Shown: positions 1 through 12,240 of the stretch, one piece after another
How the letters are laid out: the number at the start of each line of letters is the position of its first letter
Position numbering within the stretch: position 1 is the first letter of the stretch
From: Octopus bimaculoides
Lineage: Eukaryota
Reading direction: 5' to 3'
Length of the DNA: 60,588 bases
Assembly (NCBI RefSeq): GCF_001194135.2
Contig: NC_068981.1
Span: 30,766,230 to 30,826,817, forward strand
Notes under the pieces: model-generated
The model's input: the letters and a program-made list of their open reading frames with translations, nothing else
The model's database searches: none
What the model was told of the DNA's origin: nothing
Program-made: the position numbers and the translations under genes

Positions 1-592
1 ATATATATATATATATATATATATATTTATGTATATGTATATATATGTATATAGATATTTATTTATATATACATATATATATATTTACATATATACAAAA
101 ATGCACACATGTATGTTCATTAGGGAGATAGTTTGAGGTAGGGGGCGTATAAAAATACATACATACACACACACAAACACACACACATATACCTCCTATG
201 GACTTGGATTCGTAGCCGTTGGACAAAGTTACTTCATTGTAATGATCGCATGGAATCTAATGAACAACTGTTCTTCCACGGTGGACATGCTGAAAATAAT
301 AACTGAAAAATACAGCATGCTTTTAAATGAAGATAATGCTCAATTTCATATTATCCAGGACTTTCTGGAGCGAAGCACACAACTTATTGTGTGTACAAAG
401 AAATGCAATTTACGCATAAGTGTGAAGAATCATATTAAAAAATATAAAATCCGGAGTAATTTATTGACAAATACTGAGACTTTCATTACTATATTACTAC
501 TGTAACAAATTCCCCCTTAAAGATTGGAATTTACACCATCTTTTGATTCAATGCATACACATTCTGTAATCGCACTACCGTAAATTTTCAGC

Positions 593-669
<77 letters not shown>

Positions 670-672
<3 letters not shown>

Positions 673-900
673 TAGCAGCTAAACCCGGTTTCACACGGTC
701 GGTTTGGATGGTGTGGCTGTAAAACCTGCACTGTGAAAGCATTCAACTTGTTTGGGGACGCTTACGTTAAAAAACAATTTTAGAATGACATTTTTCTGTC
801 AAATGCTAAAAATAACTAACAAAAAAAAAAAAAACCAACCAAGGTTCAACCAAATCAAAAAATAAACCCAAATACTAAGCGAAGAAAATGAACTAGCCCA
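670..900 (+). mobile_element. possible non-autonomous Helitron-like repeat remnant
   Basis: Begins TACTAGCAGCTAAACCCGGTTTCACACGG directly after an (AT)n tract, resembling ACTAG-start Helitron-derived repeats of invertebrates. The 3' boundary is uncertain. Confidence 0.3.
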
Positions 901-1098
901 CTTCCATTGTGCGCGCACACATGCACATACACAAACATACACACATTCACATATCCCTCTTTTACATACACACACATATATTCACACAGAGTTGAAACAC
1001 TCTTTGATTTATTTTTTCAGCGTACACTGCCAAGTATGACATACCCCCTTTCTTCCTTATTCATCTATCACCTCTTCCTTTCTCATTCATAAACACAG

Positions 1099-1279
1099 GA
1101 GTATTATTATAGTAGATTATCTCGGTAACCATGGGAGCTATGAAAAAAATATACAAAGCCCAGGAACACCACCGGATCATTATACACATCTGTGTAATTT
1201 TTCGCGCAATTCCATCCAGCCGTTTGACCGTGAATCCCAGGACCAGAAAGAATCACCCATGTCAAATTTATATGTATAG
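1099..1279 (+). CDS. candidate terminal coding exon of an unidentified gene (59 aa SIIIVDYLGNHGSYEK...SPMSNLYV*)
   Basis: Long pyrimidine tract ending AAACACAG at 1098. Only one frame is open, to TAG 1277-1279, and AATAAA follows at 1301-1306. No recognisable domain. Confidence 0.35.
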
Positions 1280-2766
1280 ATATATATATATTCTGTAAAT
1301 AATAAAAATAAGCTTTATGCTTATAAGTGTTCACCATGTATTGACTGCAGAAAATAGTCTAATACTGGGGCATATATGTGTTTGTTTGTGTGTGTATGTG
1401 TGTATGTATATGTGTATATGTGTATGTGGGGGTATGCATGTGTATGTATTTGCATATACGCATACATGATTAGATATATCAGTATGCATATATATAAATT
1501 ACGGATGCTTACCACACCAAGTTAATAGAGTTTATTCTACATAGTATAATACAATCGAGAGTATGCACCAAGTATAGTTTTGTGGCGTTGTTTCATATAG
1601 TCTCACTTCCCTCATCAGGTGTGCAATGAATTTTAAAGCATTTTGAATAAGAACGGTAGTCACTAGAGGTTATGGTGTCTGATTGGTATACGGCGTATTG
1701 GTGGAGTGAAATCGGGTAAGCTATCAGATAGATTTCCTTCCCACTGTGTGCATTTGCTAAGCGTATACACTTGTGTTTGTGCTTGTGTGTGTGTGCGTAT
1801 GTGTGTGTGTGTGTGTGTTACCTTTGGCATTGCAAGACTAATAAGCTGGTGTAGAATTTAGTGTACGTATGCTTCAAAACTAAGCTTTAGTCGATTATAT
1901 AACGGTTATAAGAAAATAAGATGATAAAGGAATAAGCGATTATCTTATGAACTCCATTAGTTTACATGTTTCTGCTATATATATATATATATATATATAT
2001 ATATNNNNNNNNNNNNNNNNNNNNNNNNNNNNNNNNNNNNNNNNNNNNNNNNNNNNNNNNNNNNNNNNNNNNNNNNNNNNNNNNNNNNNNNNNNNNNNNN
2101 NNNNNNNNNNNNNNNNNNNNNNNNNNNNNNNNNNNNNNNNNNNNNNNNNNNNNNNNNNNNNNNNNNNNNNNNNNNNNNNNNNNNNNNNNNNNNNNNNNNN
2201 NNNNNNNNNNNNNNNNNNNNNNNNNNNNNNNNNNNNNNNNNNNNNNNNNNNNNNNNNNNNNNNNNNNNNNNNNNNNNNNNNNNNNNNNNNNNNNNNNNNN
2301 NNNNNNNNNNNNNNNNNNNNNNNNNNNNNNNNNNNNNNNNNNNNNNNNNNNNNNNNNNNNNNNNNNNNNNNNNNNNNNNNNNNNNNNNNNNNNNNNNNNN
2401 NNNNNNNNNNNNNNNNNNNNNNNNNNNNNNNNNNNNNNNNNNNNNNNNNNNNNNNNNNNNNNNNNNNNNNNNNNNNNNNNNNNNNNNNNNNNNNNNNNNN
2501 NNNNNNNNNNNNNNNNNNNNNNNNNNNNNNNNNNNNNNNNNNNNNNNNNNNNNNNNNNNNNNNNNNNNNNNNNNNNNNNNNNNNNNNNNNNNNNNNNNNN
2601 NNNNNNNNNNNNNNNNNNNNNNNNNNNNNNNNNNNNNNNNNNNNNNNNNNNNNNNNNNNNNNNNNNNNNNNNNNNNNNNNNNNNNNNNNNNNNNNNNNNN
2701 NNNNNNNNNNNNNNNNNNNNNNNNNNNNNNNNNNNNNNNNNNNNNNNNNNNNNNNNNNTATATATA

Positions 2767-3070
2767 GGTGCAGGTGAGCCTGTGTGATAAGAAACTTGCT
2801 TCTCGACCACATGGTTCCGGGTTCAGTCCCACTGCGCGGCACTTTGGGCAAGTGTCTTCTACTATGGCCTCAAGCTGACCAGAGCCTTGTGAGTAGATTT
2901 GGTAGACGGAAACTGGAAGTTCGTCGTATACATCCATCCCTCCATCCCTCCATCCATCCATCCATCCATCCATCCATCCATCCATCCATCCATCCATACA
3001 CACACACATATGTTTATGTATATACGTGTGCTTGTCTGTGTCTGTGCCTGTTCCCCACTACCAACAGGTG
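2767..3070 (+). mobile_element. tRNA-derived SINE family A, 5' part
   Basis: Matches the copies at 26362 and 41047 (head ...CATGGTTCCGGGTTCAGTCCCACTGCG...GGCAAGTGTCTTCTACTAT...GATTTGGTAGACGGAAACTG). Its internal microsatellite is (CATC)n. Confidence 0.9.
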
Positions 3071-3239
3071 ATAGATATGTAGATATGTAAATTCCTTAAC
3101 TTATTTTGAGGGAAATTCAAAATATTCACACAAAACTGTAGATATTCCAGTCTTTTAGAGTTATTTTTTCACCTGTCCTGCTGGGTTGTATTAGTGTTTC
3201 TGTGTCTTCAGCTGCTGACAGGTCAAAGCAGCGAAGAAC

Positions 3240-3301
3240 ACATCCAGCCTCTGTCACATCCAGCCTCTGTCACATCCAGCCTCCTATTATTATTATTATT
3301 A

Positions 3302-3396
<95 letters not shown>

Positions 3397-3419
3397 ATTA
3401 TTATTATTATTATTATTAA
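3240..3419. repeat. 16-bp tandem (about 2.75 copies) followed by compound (ATT)n(GTT)n(ATT)n microsatellite
   Basis: ACATCCAGCCTCTGTC repeated at 3240, 3256 and 3272 (partial), then trinucleotide tracts to 3419. Confidence 0.95.
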
Positions 3420-3685
3420 TCAATTGCTTTAGTATTTCTTCAACTAACTAATTGTTCGTTCGGTTAATGTGTTGGTTAAACAACCAGTCGGTTTGCCTGT
3501 TCGTCAAAGCCCTTTCGTTGTTTGCTAACTTTTTAATGACTAGTAATCTCGCAGATCGCTTCGAAGGCTGCTTTCGTGTGTCTGAGACACAGTCCCATGT
3601 CTGTATGTGTGCATGTAGGTTTGTATGCGTGTGTGAAACCGTGTGTAGTTTAAAAGATGGGGTAAGGGTGAGTGTAAAAGAAAGA

Positions 3686-3720
<35 letters not shown>

Positions 3721-6587
3721 TTGTGCGTGTACGATCGTGTGACTGCTTATCACAGAGTGGTGATATTTGGTAGAGATGACCCAGAAGTTGTTGCTCTTCG
3801 ATTACTATCGCAAATAGCAGTAGCTTTCTTCAACCGAATACACGTCGTTGATTGCTTGAAATTAACCAAACACGACAAATTTAACACAAAATACCTTCTA
3901 AAACGTCAAATTTTGTCAAAAATTTTCAAAGTAAACCGTGTTCTGCGTAAGACATTCCACCAGTGTACGAGGCTTAAACTGTTTAGTTAAAAAGAACTAA
4001 TTAAAACATCTGTGCGCCAAACTGAACATATTCCATACGTGTTCGTGCCTATGTGCACGTGTTACTGTGTATACATGTGTGTGTGTGCGTGTGTGTGTGT
4101 GTGTGGAGCGCGTGTCTTTTCCTGTCTGTGTGTGAGCGTGTGTATGTGTGGTGAGTGTGGTACAAAATGATACCTAAAACACTTTGATCTGATGTCAATT
4201 TTCTCAACGGATACAAGTATAGTGTTTGCTCATGGTAAATGATCTTACGTGGTACTAAAACGAGGTATTATCTACTAGATTATTTAGCAACATTTCTATG
4301 TTCGCACTTTTCACTTAGAGTAAATCAATACCCCACATTATATTTACTCTGCTAGCATCCATAGCATTTATATAAACCTTTGGGGCACACGACTGGATGT
4401 ATATGAGTTCTAGTCTAATGTTGTCTAACTCTGAAAATTATTAAGTCATACCAAAAATTTCCACATCAGCGGCAATATAGATTGTTTTTACTTTAAATGA
4501 AAACAAGGCGACATGAGCTAAACTGATATAAATGACCTTTGCGTGTCACATCATACCCATTTGTCAACGTCTTCTAACTACCAGATTTAGTGTGCTTTCT
4601 TGTAAGACCAAAGTGTGATGCATTCATTTAAAGGGTTTTATGTAATTTTCCACATTCTATGTTCTTAGAAAGAATCCAGTTAACTCCTTCATTGAATGTG
4701 TATTGTTAGGAAGCTAAGTCAAACATTCGGTTTTTAATATTATAAGAGTAAAATGGCTAATTAAATGCAAAAATTTACTGCTTTCTTAGTTTCGTTCCCT
4801 TTCTTTCGCTATATGAGATAAACTTGCTTCCTATCTAATATGAGTTTCTTATTTTGCTTATATAAGCCTGCTGCGTGAACTAGACAATAAGATTTTGGTT
4901 TACTGAGACCAAATCTCATCTGCTTAACGTTATGCTTTCGATTCTTCTAGCATTAATGCAGTCATTACCAGCGCCGTTAATTGGTTTTGCTATCTTTTAT
5001 ACCCAGTCTGGAAATTTGTGGCTGTGTGCCATTGCTACAAATCGTTATTTTGAGGACTATAATGTTTTAGACTGGTAGTGCCAAAACACTGCTCGTCTGT
5101 CTTATGTCCCTATATGTTCTAGATTCAATTTTTTCTTGGCTGGTTCCTGCCTGCGACGTTCCGCGGCTTGAAATAGATATTATCTAAGTTTTGAAGTCGA
5201 TATAATTGGCCATACTCTTCCCTACAAAATTGGTACTCTTGTAATAATATTAAAAATAATTATTTTGAATGTGCAAATATTACAACCTATTATTTTGAAA
5301 TTACAATGACAGCTACTAATTAGAAATCAGACAGCGGCAGATAAAATGCTTTGCTGTATAGTTACACATTTTTCTTATTTCAAATTTTGCCTAGTCATCA
5401 TCGTCATTGATCGTTACAATGTCGGTAAAATGCCAATGAAGTACGAGTGTATATTGTATTGATTATATCTCCCAAAATCTGTGTTTTTGTGCTAACGCTA
5501 GGAATCATAAATTAAAAGTTACAAGAGTGCATGAGAAATAAAATAACAAGCAATATTCCGTTTTATACAATTCACTTTTAATTCAGTCTCCACTGGCAAG
5601 GATTTTGTTTTTCATCCATACAGTGGATTTTTATATGAATTCAACATGTTTGCTGTGATTCAGTCGTCATTGATATATACAAAAATGGAACTTATTTGTG
5701 CATCGTATTAAATGAATTGATTTCATTGTGGGATAATAGCTGTATTATTTAAAAGAAAATTCTTAGTACTATCACACTAACAGTTATAAAACATCCAACA
5801 TAGCCTCCATAGAAAAGTTGCTTTATAATTACAAATCAATAACTAAAGCAATGTACAATTTTTGTTATAATCTGGAAACCTTATTGGATTTCAAGTGATA
5901 CGTTTAACCAAATAAATAAAAAGGCATTAAAAGAGAAAGAAAAGACAATCATTAATATATTTAGAAAAAAATTCACTGAAAACCTCGTAGGCAGTTTAAT
6001 TAAAGCTACACTCTTGTACGGTTAGTAAACACAGAAAAGAATATCTGATATTTTAGTAAAGCGTCAACTGTTGCTAAAATTCCATTTAAAGTTTTAAAGT
6101 AGTTCAAATTGGTTAAAGGCCTCACTTATATCCTGATCTGTATTTATACTATTAAATAGGATATTTATAATGATAACGATAAAAAAAAATCTAATGCACA
6201 ATCATTTAGAAAGTTAACTCAAATGTTATCCTCTTCAACACATTCAAACTGCCACCTCTACACAAATTAAATAAATAAACATTTTACATACCCTGCAAAT
6301 GTATTTTTAAATTAGTTTTAAATAATTTTGTTCATCAGGGAAAATAAGATTCTGAACATTTTAATTTCTGCTATGATAAGCAAAAAGTAGTTCCCTTTTT
6401 TTTTTCATTAAAGTCAAGTAGTTTCCATTTGCCTCATTTGGTATTAAGTCTTCTGTGATTCCCTTTAGCACAAATATCCTTAGGGTTTCAAAATATCTGA
6501 ATTAGGATAATTGGTTTTTATCTCTGAGGATTGTAGTTGTCATGAGTGTAAGTAGATTTCGTTTATGTCCATTTTACAAATTCCATA

Positions 6588-6658
6588 TCAAACTATAAAC
6601 ACACAGCCAATATTGTGCTTGCCCGAGGAGAATGTATTTCTTTTAACAATTTCTTCGC
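6588..6658 (-). CDS. candidate terminal exon (AKKLLKEIHSPRASTILAVCL* or EEIVKRNTFSSGKHNIGCVFIV*)
   Basis: Very strong minus-strand acceptor TTTTTCCCATTTTCTTTTTTATCAG|G. Two frames are open to nearby stops, followed by AT-rich UTR-like sequence. Confidence 0.3.
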
Positions 6659-7154
6659 CTGATAAAAAAGAAAATGGGAAAAATCTAACGTTGCAATATA
6701 AAAATCAAAACACAACAAAATCAGAACATTACAAACATGCGCAACAACAACACAATTATACCATGTCAATAAGAACAGCATTTTGTTGTGCATTTTCTTT
6801 TTTTTTTTTCAGCTTTTACTGTGGTCATGAAATTTCAGAGCAACTAGATTTTCTTTTAACTCATTTCAAAACTTGAAAAGCTTAAAACACCACTGATAAA
6901 ATCTTTGACGTGTTTTAACCTCGATAAATACAGTTAATGTATAAAGTTCCATAGAACAGATCTAAGCTGCCGGCAAGGAGATAGTTGACCATTTATCCAT
7001 TCCAATTTTGTGACATTTACCAGCTGGATTCATGCAAACCAACTAGCAATTTTAAAAGCATATAAACGTCCCAGCATTCTATTTGTTCTGCCTTTAAAAT
7101 CTGAACCTTTGTATTCCCCATACTATGGGTGGATGAACGTACGCACGTACGTAC

Positions 7155-7155
<1 letters not shown>

Positions 7156-7185
<30 letters not shown>

Positions 7186-7298
7186 TGTATGTATGTATGT
7201 ATGTATGTATGTATGTATGTATGCATGTATGTAATTATGTATGTATGTATGTATGTATGTATGTATGCATGTATGTATGTATGATGTATGAATGTATG
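7156..7298. repeat. (TATG)n microsatellite
   Basis: Direct reading. Confidence 0.97.
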
Positions 7299-7580
7299 TG
7301 TGTGTGTGTGTGTGTTGTTCCTTTGAGTTTTATTTTAGCTCTTGAGAGAATTCAAGCCGGTTTCTAACAAAGTGACGAGGCTTTTGAGTATAGAATTCTT
7401 GGTGTTTGTAAATATGTGGTTGAGTTGGTGCATTAGTTGAACTGTCGTTACATACACCCAAGTGTGTGCATCTATTCACATAAGAATCTCACATGGAAAT
7501 TTTTTGGATTGTCATACAAGTATGTATGTATGTATATTTGTATGTATGTATGTACGTATGCATATAAATATGTGTGTATG

Positions 7581-7671
<91 letters not shown>

Positions 7672-7947
7672 TGTACAACTGTTTCTCTTAGACTTACATG
7701 CATTGGTAATTGGTACTAAGGCGTTCCGTTAAAGTAGCATTGGGGATCAACATGTAATTTCTTTAAGAATATTCATTGTCGAGGATCGAAGTAGCCACAA
7801 TAGCCGATCATGCATGGGAACAAATGGTGGAAACTGCATCATGTGCTTATCATACATTTTCAAATACACGTATACGCATATCCACCGCCATGTGCGTGTG
7901 TGTGTTTGTGTGTGTATAGAGAGAGTGAGAGAGATAGAGAGAGATAT

Positions 7948-7955
7948 ATCATCAT

Positions 7956-8026
<71 letters not shown>
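7948..8026. repeat. (ATC)n microsatellite
   Basis: Direct reading. Confidence 0.97.
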
Positions 8027-8476
8027 CTATAGCGCGATAAACATTACCATCATTATCCTGATCGGCTGTCATTTAATATCGATGATGATATTCCGTATGT
8101 ACATCCACGAGTTGCTTTATAAAAAATATATCACTCAGTTTGTAGTGCGGGTCATGCAGGCTATGCGGGCTGAGCGAGCCGCAGATGACGGCCACTTTAT
8201 AGAAAGAATCAGAGTCTTGATAGAAAGAATCAGAGTCCACGCTACACCTCTGGTATTGCTGTCCTATACAGGTTTCTTGGCTGAGCAGCTGTGGTATCAG
8301 TATTTCATCTCTGTCTGTCTGGTTTGACCACGTCGTTGTATCTCAGTTGGAATCCACCTTGGCTTTATGTATTGTTAGACAGTTCTTTCATGCTAGGGAA
8401 TTTGGTAATCTTAAGTTCAGTGCTCTCCTTTTTGTATATGAATATATATATATATGCATATAACATGAGCTAGCTC

Positions 8477-8559
<83 letters not shown>

Positions 8560-8958
8560 AATGTATGAGCTAGCTCATGTTATATTAAGCAGAGAATTGC
8601 CAGTCATTTAAGTTGGCTCAGAAATAGGTACAAAATGAATTCTAACTAGCCTTAGTAAACTAATTTGGGCACTAAAAGTTACTAACAAAGTGTTTTCGAT
8701 TGCTTGGGAAATAATTAGGAAAACAAAACCTTATAGAATAGTTGATAATATATGTGACCTCTGTGTGGAAGTAATGTACTAAGTTTTCACTTCTAAATTT
8801 ACTCTTATACACACTAGACAGGAACAGGCTATGTGATGTCCTCACTGGATTAAATATGCGTTTAAACGATTGAAAGAAACATCTATAGTAATTATAATAG
8901 TTAAAATAATGATAGTGAAAATTAAAGATATTTATGCAAATAATACTGATAAATATAG

Positions 8959-9362
8959 TCTCAAGACGAGATAGAGTAGTAACGTGTACCGAACAGTAAA
9001 CTGAGTTGCTACATCAAAGTGGCAGGTGAATGTTACTTCTAGTTTAACCCTAGGCAAATTCTCCACCAGCCGGTTTCCGACGCAACTTTCTGCATCCTTT
9101 ATATATAATATATCGCTAGCAGGGGGAGCGAACCCCTACTAACACACCATCAGCTAACAGGAACGTGGGACTGGCCCAGTTTCGAGCTAGCGACATATTG
9201 TATATAAAGGATGCAGAACATTACATTGAAAACCAACTAGCGGAGAATCTGCCTGGGGTTAAACCAGTAGTAACATTCAACTGCCACTTTAATGTGGCAA
9301 CTCGATTTACTGTTCAATACACGTTACTACACTATGTCGTCTTGAGATTTTATAACTAGCTA
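8959..9362. mobile_element. fold-back / MITE-like element with about 150-bp inverted arms
   Basis: 8959-9111 is the approximate reverse complement of 9195-9347 (CTCAAGACGA...AAAGTGGCAG...TTTAACCC...CTGCATCCTTTATATA), with a spacer of about 85 bp. A related copy lies at 29953. Confidence 0.8.
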
Positions 9363-10241
9363 CATTGCTGTTTGCAAATCAGTGACCACTTTGATTACAA
9401 TATATTGCTGGCAGAAGCGGATCTTAGGTATCACTCCATTGCGCAGGTGCGCGTGACTGACGAAGAGCCACCTAGCTCAGAACTGGACCAGTCCTAGTCC
9501 CTCTTAGCTGATGAAGTGTTAGTCGGGGTTCTCTCTCCCTGCTAGTGATGTATTATATATAAAGGATGGAGAACATTGCATCCTTTATATAGCGCTTTCG
9601 CGTGTTTAACCGAACTCTTCAAGACAATAAAAAAACCAAGATGGTTTTATCTTTGAAGAATTCGGTTAAACGAACGAAAGCGCTAATATAGAATTATCTA
9701 AAATTCTGACTGCCTCCTTTTTCTTAACATGTGTGTGTGTGTACGTATGTATGTCGACTCTTTAGACGAATATGACCATCACTGACAAATTAGCTTATTT
9801 CAGGTTTTGTCTCTTTCCTTTTATTTTGTCAGTGACCATAGGACCTACAATAAGTTTTAAAACTAGAAAGTCAATTCCACTGCTTTTTCACATGTGACAC
9901 TCATATTAATGTGTTGCAATTTCGTGCGTGTTCGCTACAGTACCGTGATTGTGTACTTTCGTGTGCCGTGTGGAAAAGACATAGCGTAATTTTTAAAGAC
10001 ATTGGGGAGAGTGTGATTTGGGGCTATTTGTGCCTTCCTCAAGCAAAACGATTCGTAGTATACCTTGAGCAAATGTTAGTTGAAATAAAATGAAATGAAA
10101 TACATAGGTCACGAACCGATTAGGTAGGAGCTAATGCGATTGGAGTAGTTATTAATGTCACATATTTGTTTCCCATAATCTCTAGCCTGACTAAAAGGAA
10201 ACCCATATTAAATATAGTAACGATCACCGTAGTGCTAGTAT

Positions 10242-10272
<31 letters not shown>

Positions 10273-12179
10273 ATATATATATATATATNNNNNNNNNNNN
10301 NNNNNNNNNNNNNNNNNNNNNNNNNNNNNNNNNNNNNNNNNNNNNNNNNNNNNNNNNNNNNNNNNNNNNNNNNNNNNNNNNNNNNNNNNNNNNNNNNNNN
10401 NNNNNNNNNNNNNNNNNNNNNNNNNNNNNNNNNNNNNNNNNNNNNNNNNNNNNNNNNNNNNNNNNNNNNNNNAACATACAAACATAAATGCATACGCATA
10501 TATGTATATATATATATATACACACTTACAGACACACACACACAAATATACAAACAAATACATACATATGTATGTCTTAGTTCCAGAAGCCTGTTTCTAT
10601 TCTCACTATACTTGATTTAATTGTTTTATACCCTTTAGAAATATCATAGAAACTCCTTTGTTGTTTTCTTTGTAAGAAAAGGAAAATAATTTTTATACAT
10701 CAACAGAGTCCTCAGTGTAGGGGATAAAACCATTTACGCCCTCCCTTTAAATAGGGCTGAGACGCAATTGACTGACATGTCTGAAGATGAAAGGCTCAAA
10801 GTAATTGCTCTTGTTTATTGTACTTAAGTATGTGATAAAGAAAGAATCAGATTAGAGTCAAATTTCAGATTAAATATGTTTACCTATGAGGAATAAACAA
10901 ATATTTGTCTTTAGTTTATATCAACGCCTCCTATAAGTTAAAGAAAAGAAGATATTTTAAGAACTCAGTAAAACTTAAGCACCTTTAAAAAAGCAATAAG
11001 GAAATAACGTTTGAGTAAATATTGTTAAGAGAAAGATTAGAAGGAAACTTAGACTTAGAACCTTGAATGAATTTATATTAAACTTCATACTGTCTTTCTA
11101 AAGTATATACAGGAGGCCGATGTTATAAGAAAAGCAAATAATTCGGTTATTGAACGTATTGAGGCCATTTTAATTTTCAGTCGATTAGAAATCTATCATT
11201 AGAAAGGGTTTTTGAGAATTTGGAGAGCGTTATTAATGGTTGATATATAGAAATACAAATTATAACAACGGTAAAACTGAAATTGCTTGCTAATCGATGT
11301 GAAAACAAAAACACCGCTAAGTTTGGTATCTTTATTTCTTATAAATAAAGATTTCTTGTATACCCCAAAGCCTTTTTAATAACACCCACCAAAACGAAGG
11401 ATTTATATTGATTAAACAACACTGGCCGAGTTTGACAAGGCATTTTTATTTATAATGAAATTTCCTCTTCTGTTCACATCGAGTTAATATTTGCAATCGC
11501 GATTAATAAAGTGTGTTGTTTTCATTGGAGATTAAACGAACCTAAAAATATTACTAATGAGTATAAAACCATAGCCAGATGCCACAGACATTTTTATCAA
11601 TGAATAAAACCAACATTTTCAGTGACTTCATCCGACATTAAAATTAATATTATTACTACTTACCTTCTTTCTCCTTCTTAAATGTTCTCGTGTGTTATTA
11701 TCGTTGAATCGCTGAGCATTGTCAATATTCTTATGAGTACGCTATTATACATTTATCAATCACGACTTGATATAACATCGGTTTTGACAAGTGTCTCTAA
11801 TATAATAAAATTCCACACGCTGTTTGGTTCAGAATGAATTTAATTACAAATTTCTATGTGTACAGATCTGTAACTAAACATGTCGATAGGATGTCAGCTA
11901 ACCGGTCGAAAATGTCTACAGTTCATTTCCCAGCTACGGTGCTCTGTGTTCCTGCAAAAACTGTTCGAATTCTAATTAGCCAGTTCAATGAATTGGAAAA
12001 TATAGGCTAAATATTTATCTACTGCCGGTAAGAGAAGGAACTATCTACACTTTTGCTCGACCTATTAGAGAAAGAATTGAGTTTTATCTTAAATCGCACC
12101 ATATTGTTTTTAAAATGGACGGATTGGTTAATGTAGTGGTAGTTAAAGTGTGCCATAAGAAAAAAGGTAAACTACTTAC

Positions 12180-12240
12180 AGGAAGCGAACTTATTAGCTG
12201 ATCGTCTATAAGAATTGTAGGCGAGTTTCCAAATGAACTA
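12180..12240 (-). CDS. candidate internal exon (SSFGNSPTILIDDQLISSLP or FIWKLAYNSYRRSANKFAS)
   Basis: Donor CCT|GTAAGT, T-rich acceptor with tandem AAG/TAG (12240 or 12237), two open frames. Confidence 0.3.

Noticed and set aside
242-505. 87-aa ORF with an EDNAQFH motif resembling Tc1 QDNAPCH
   Set aside because: A single weak motif with no flanking transposase blocks or TIR; not supportable.
3194-3451. Poly-Leu/Ile/Val/Asn ORFs, and similar ones at 7810, 20327, 42340 and 58658
   Set aside because: Trinucleotide or purine/pyrimidine repeats that lack stop codons by composition.
3721-3990. RVVIFGRDDPEVVALRLLSQIAVAF frame and a nearby CAG acceptor
   Set aside because: No convincing donor and no recognisable domain; equally explained as chance.
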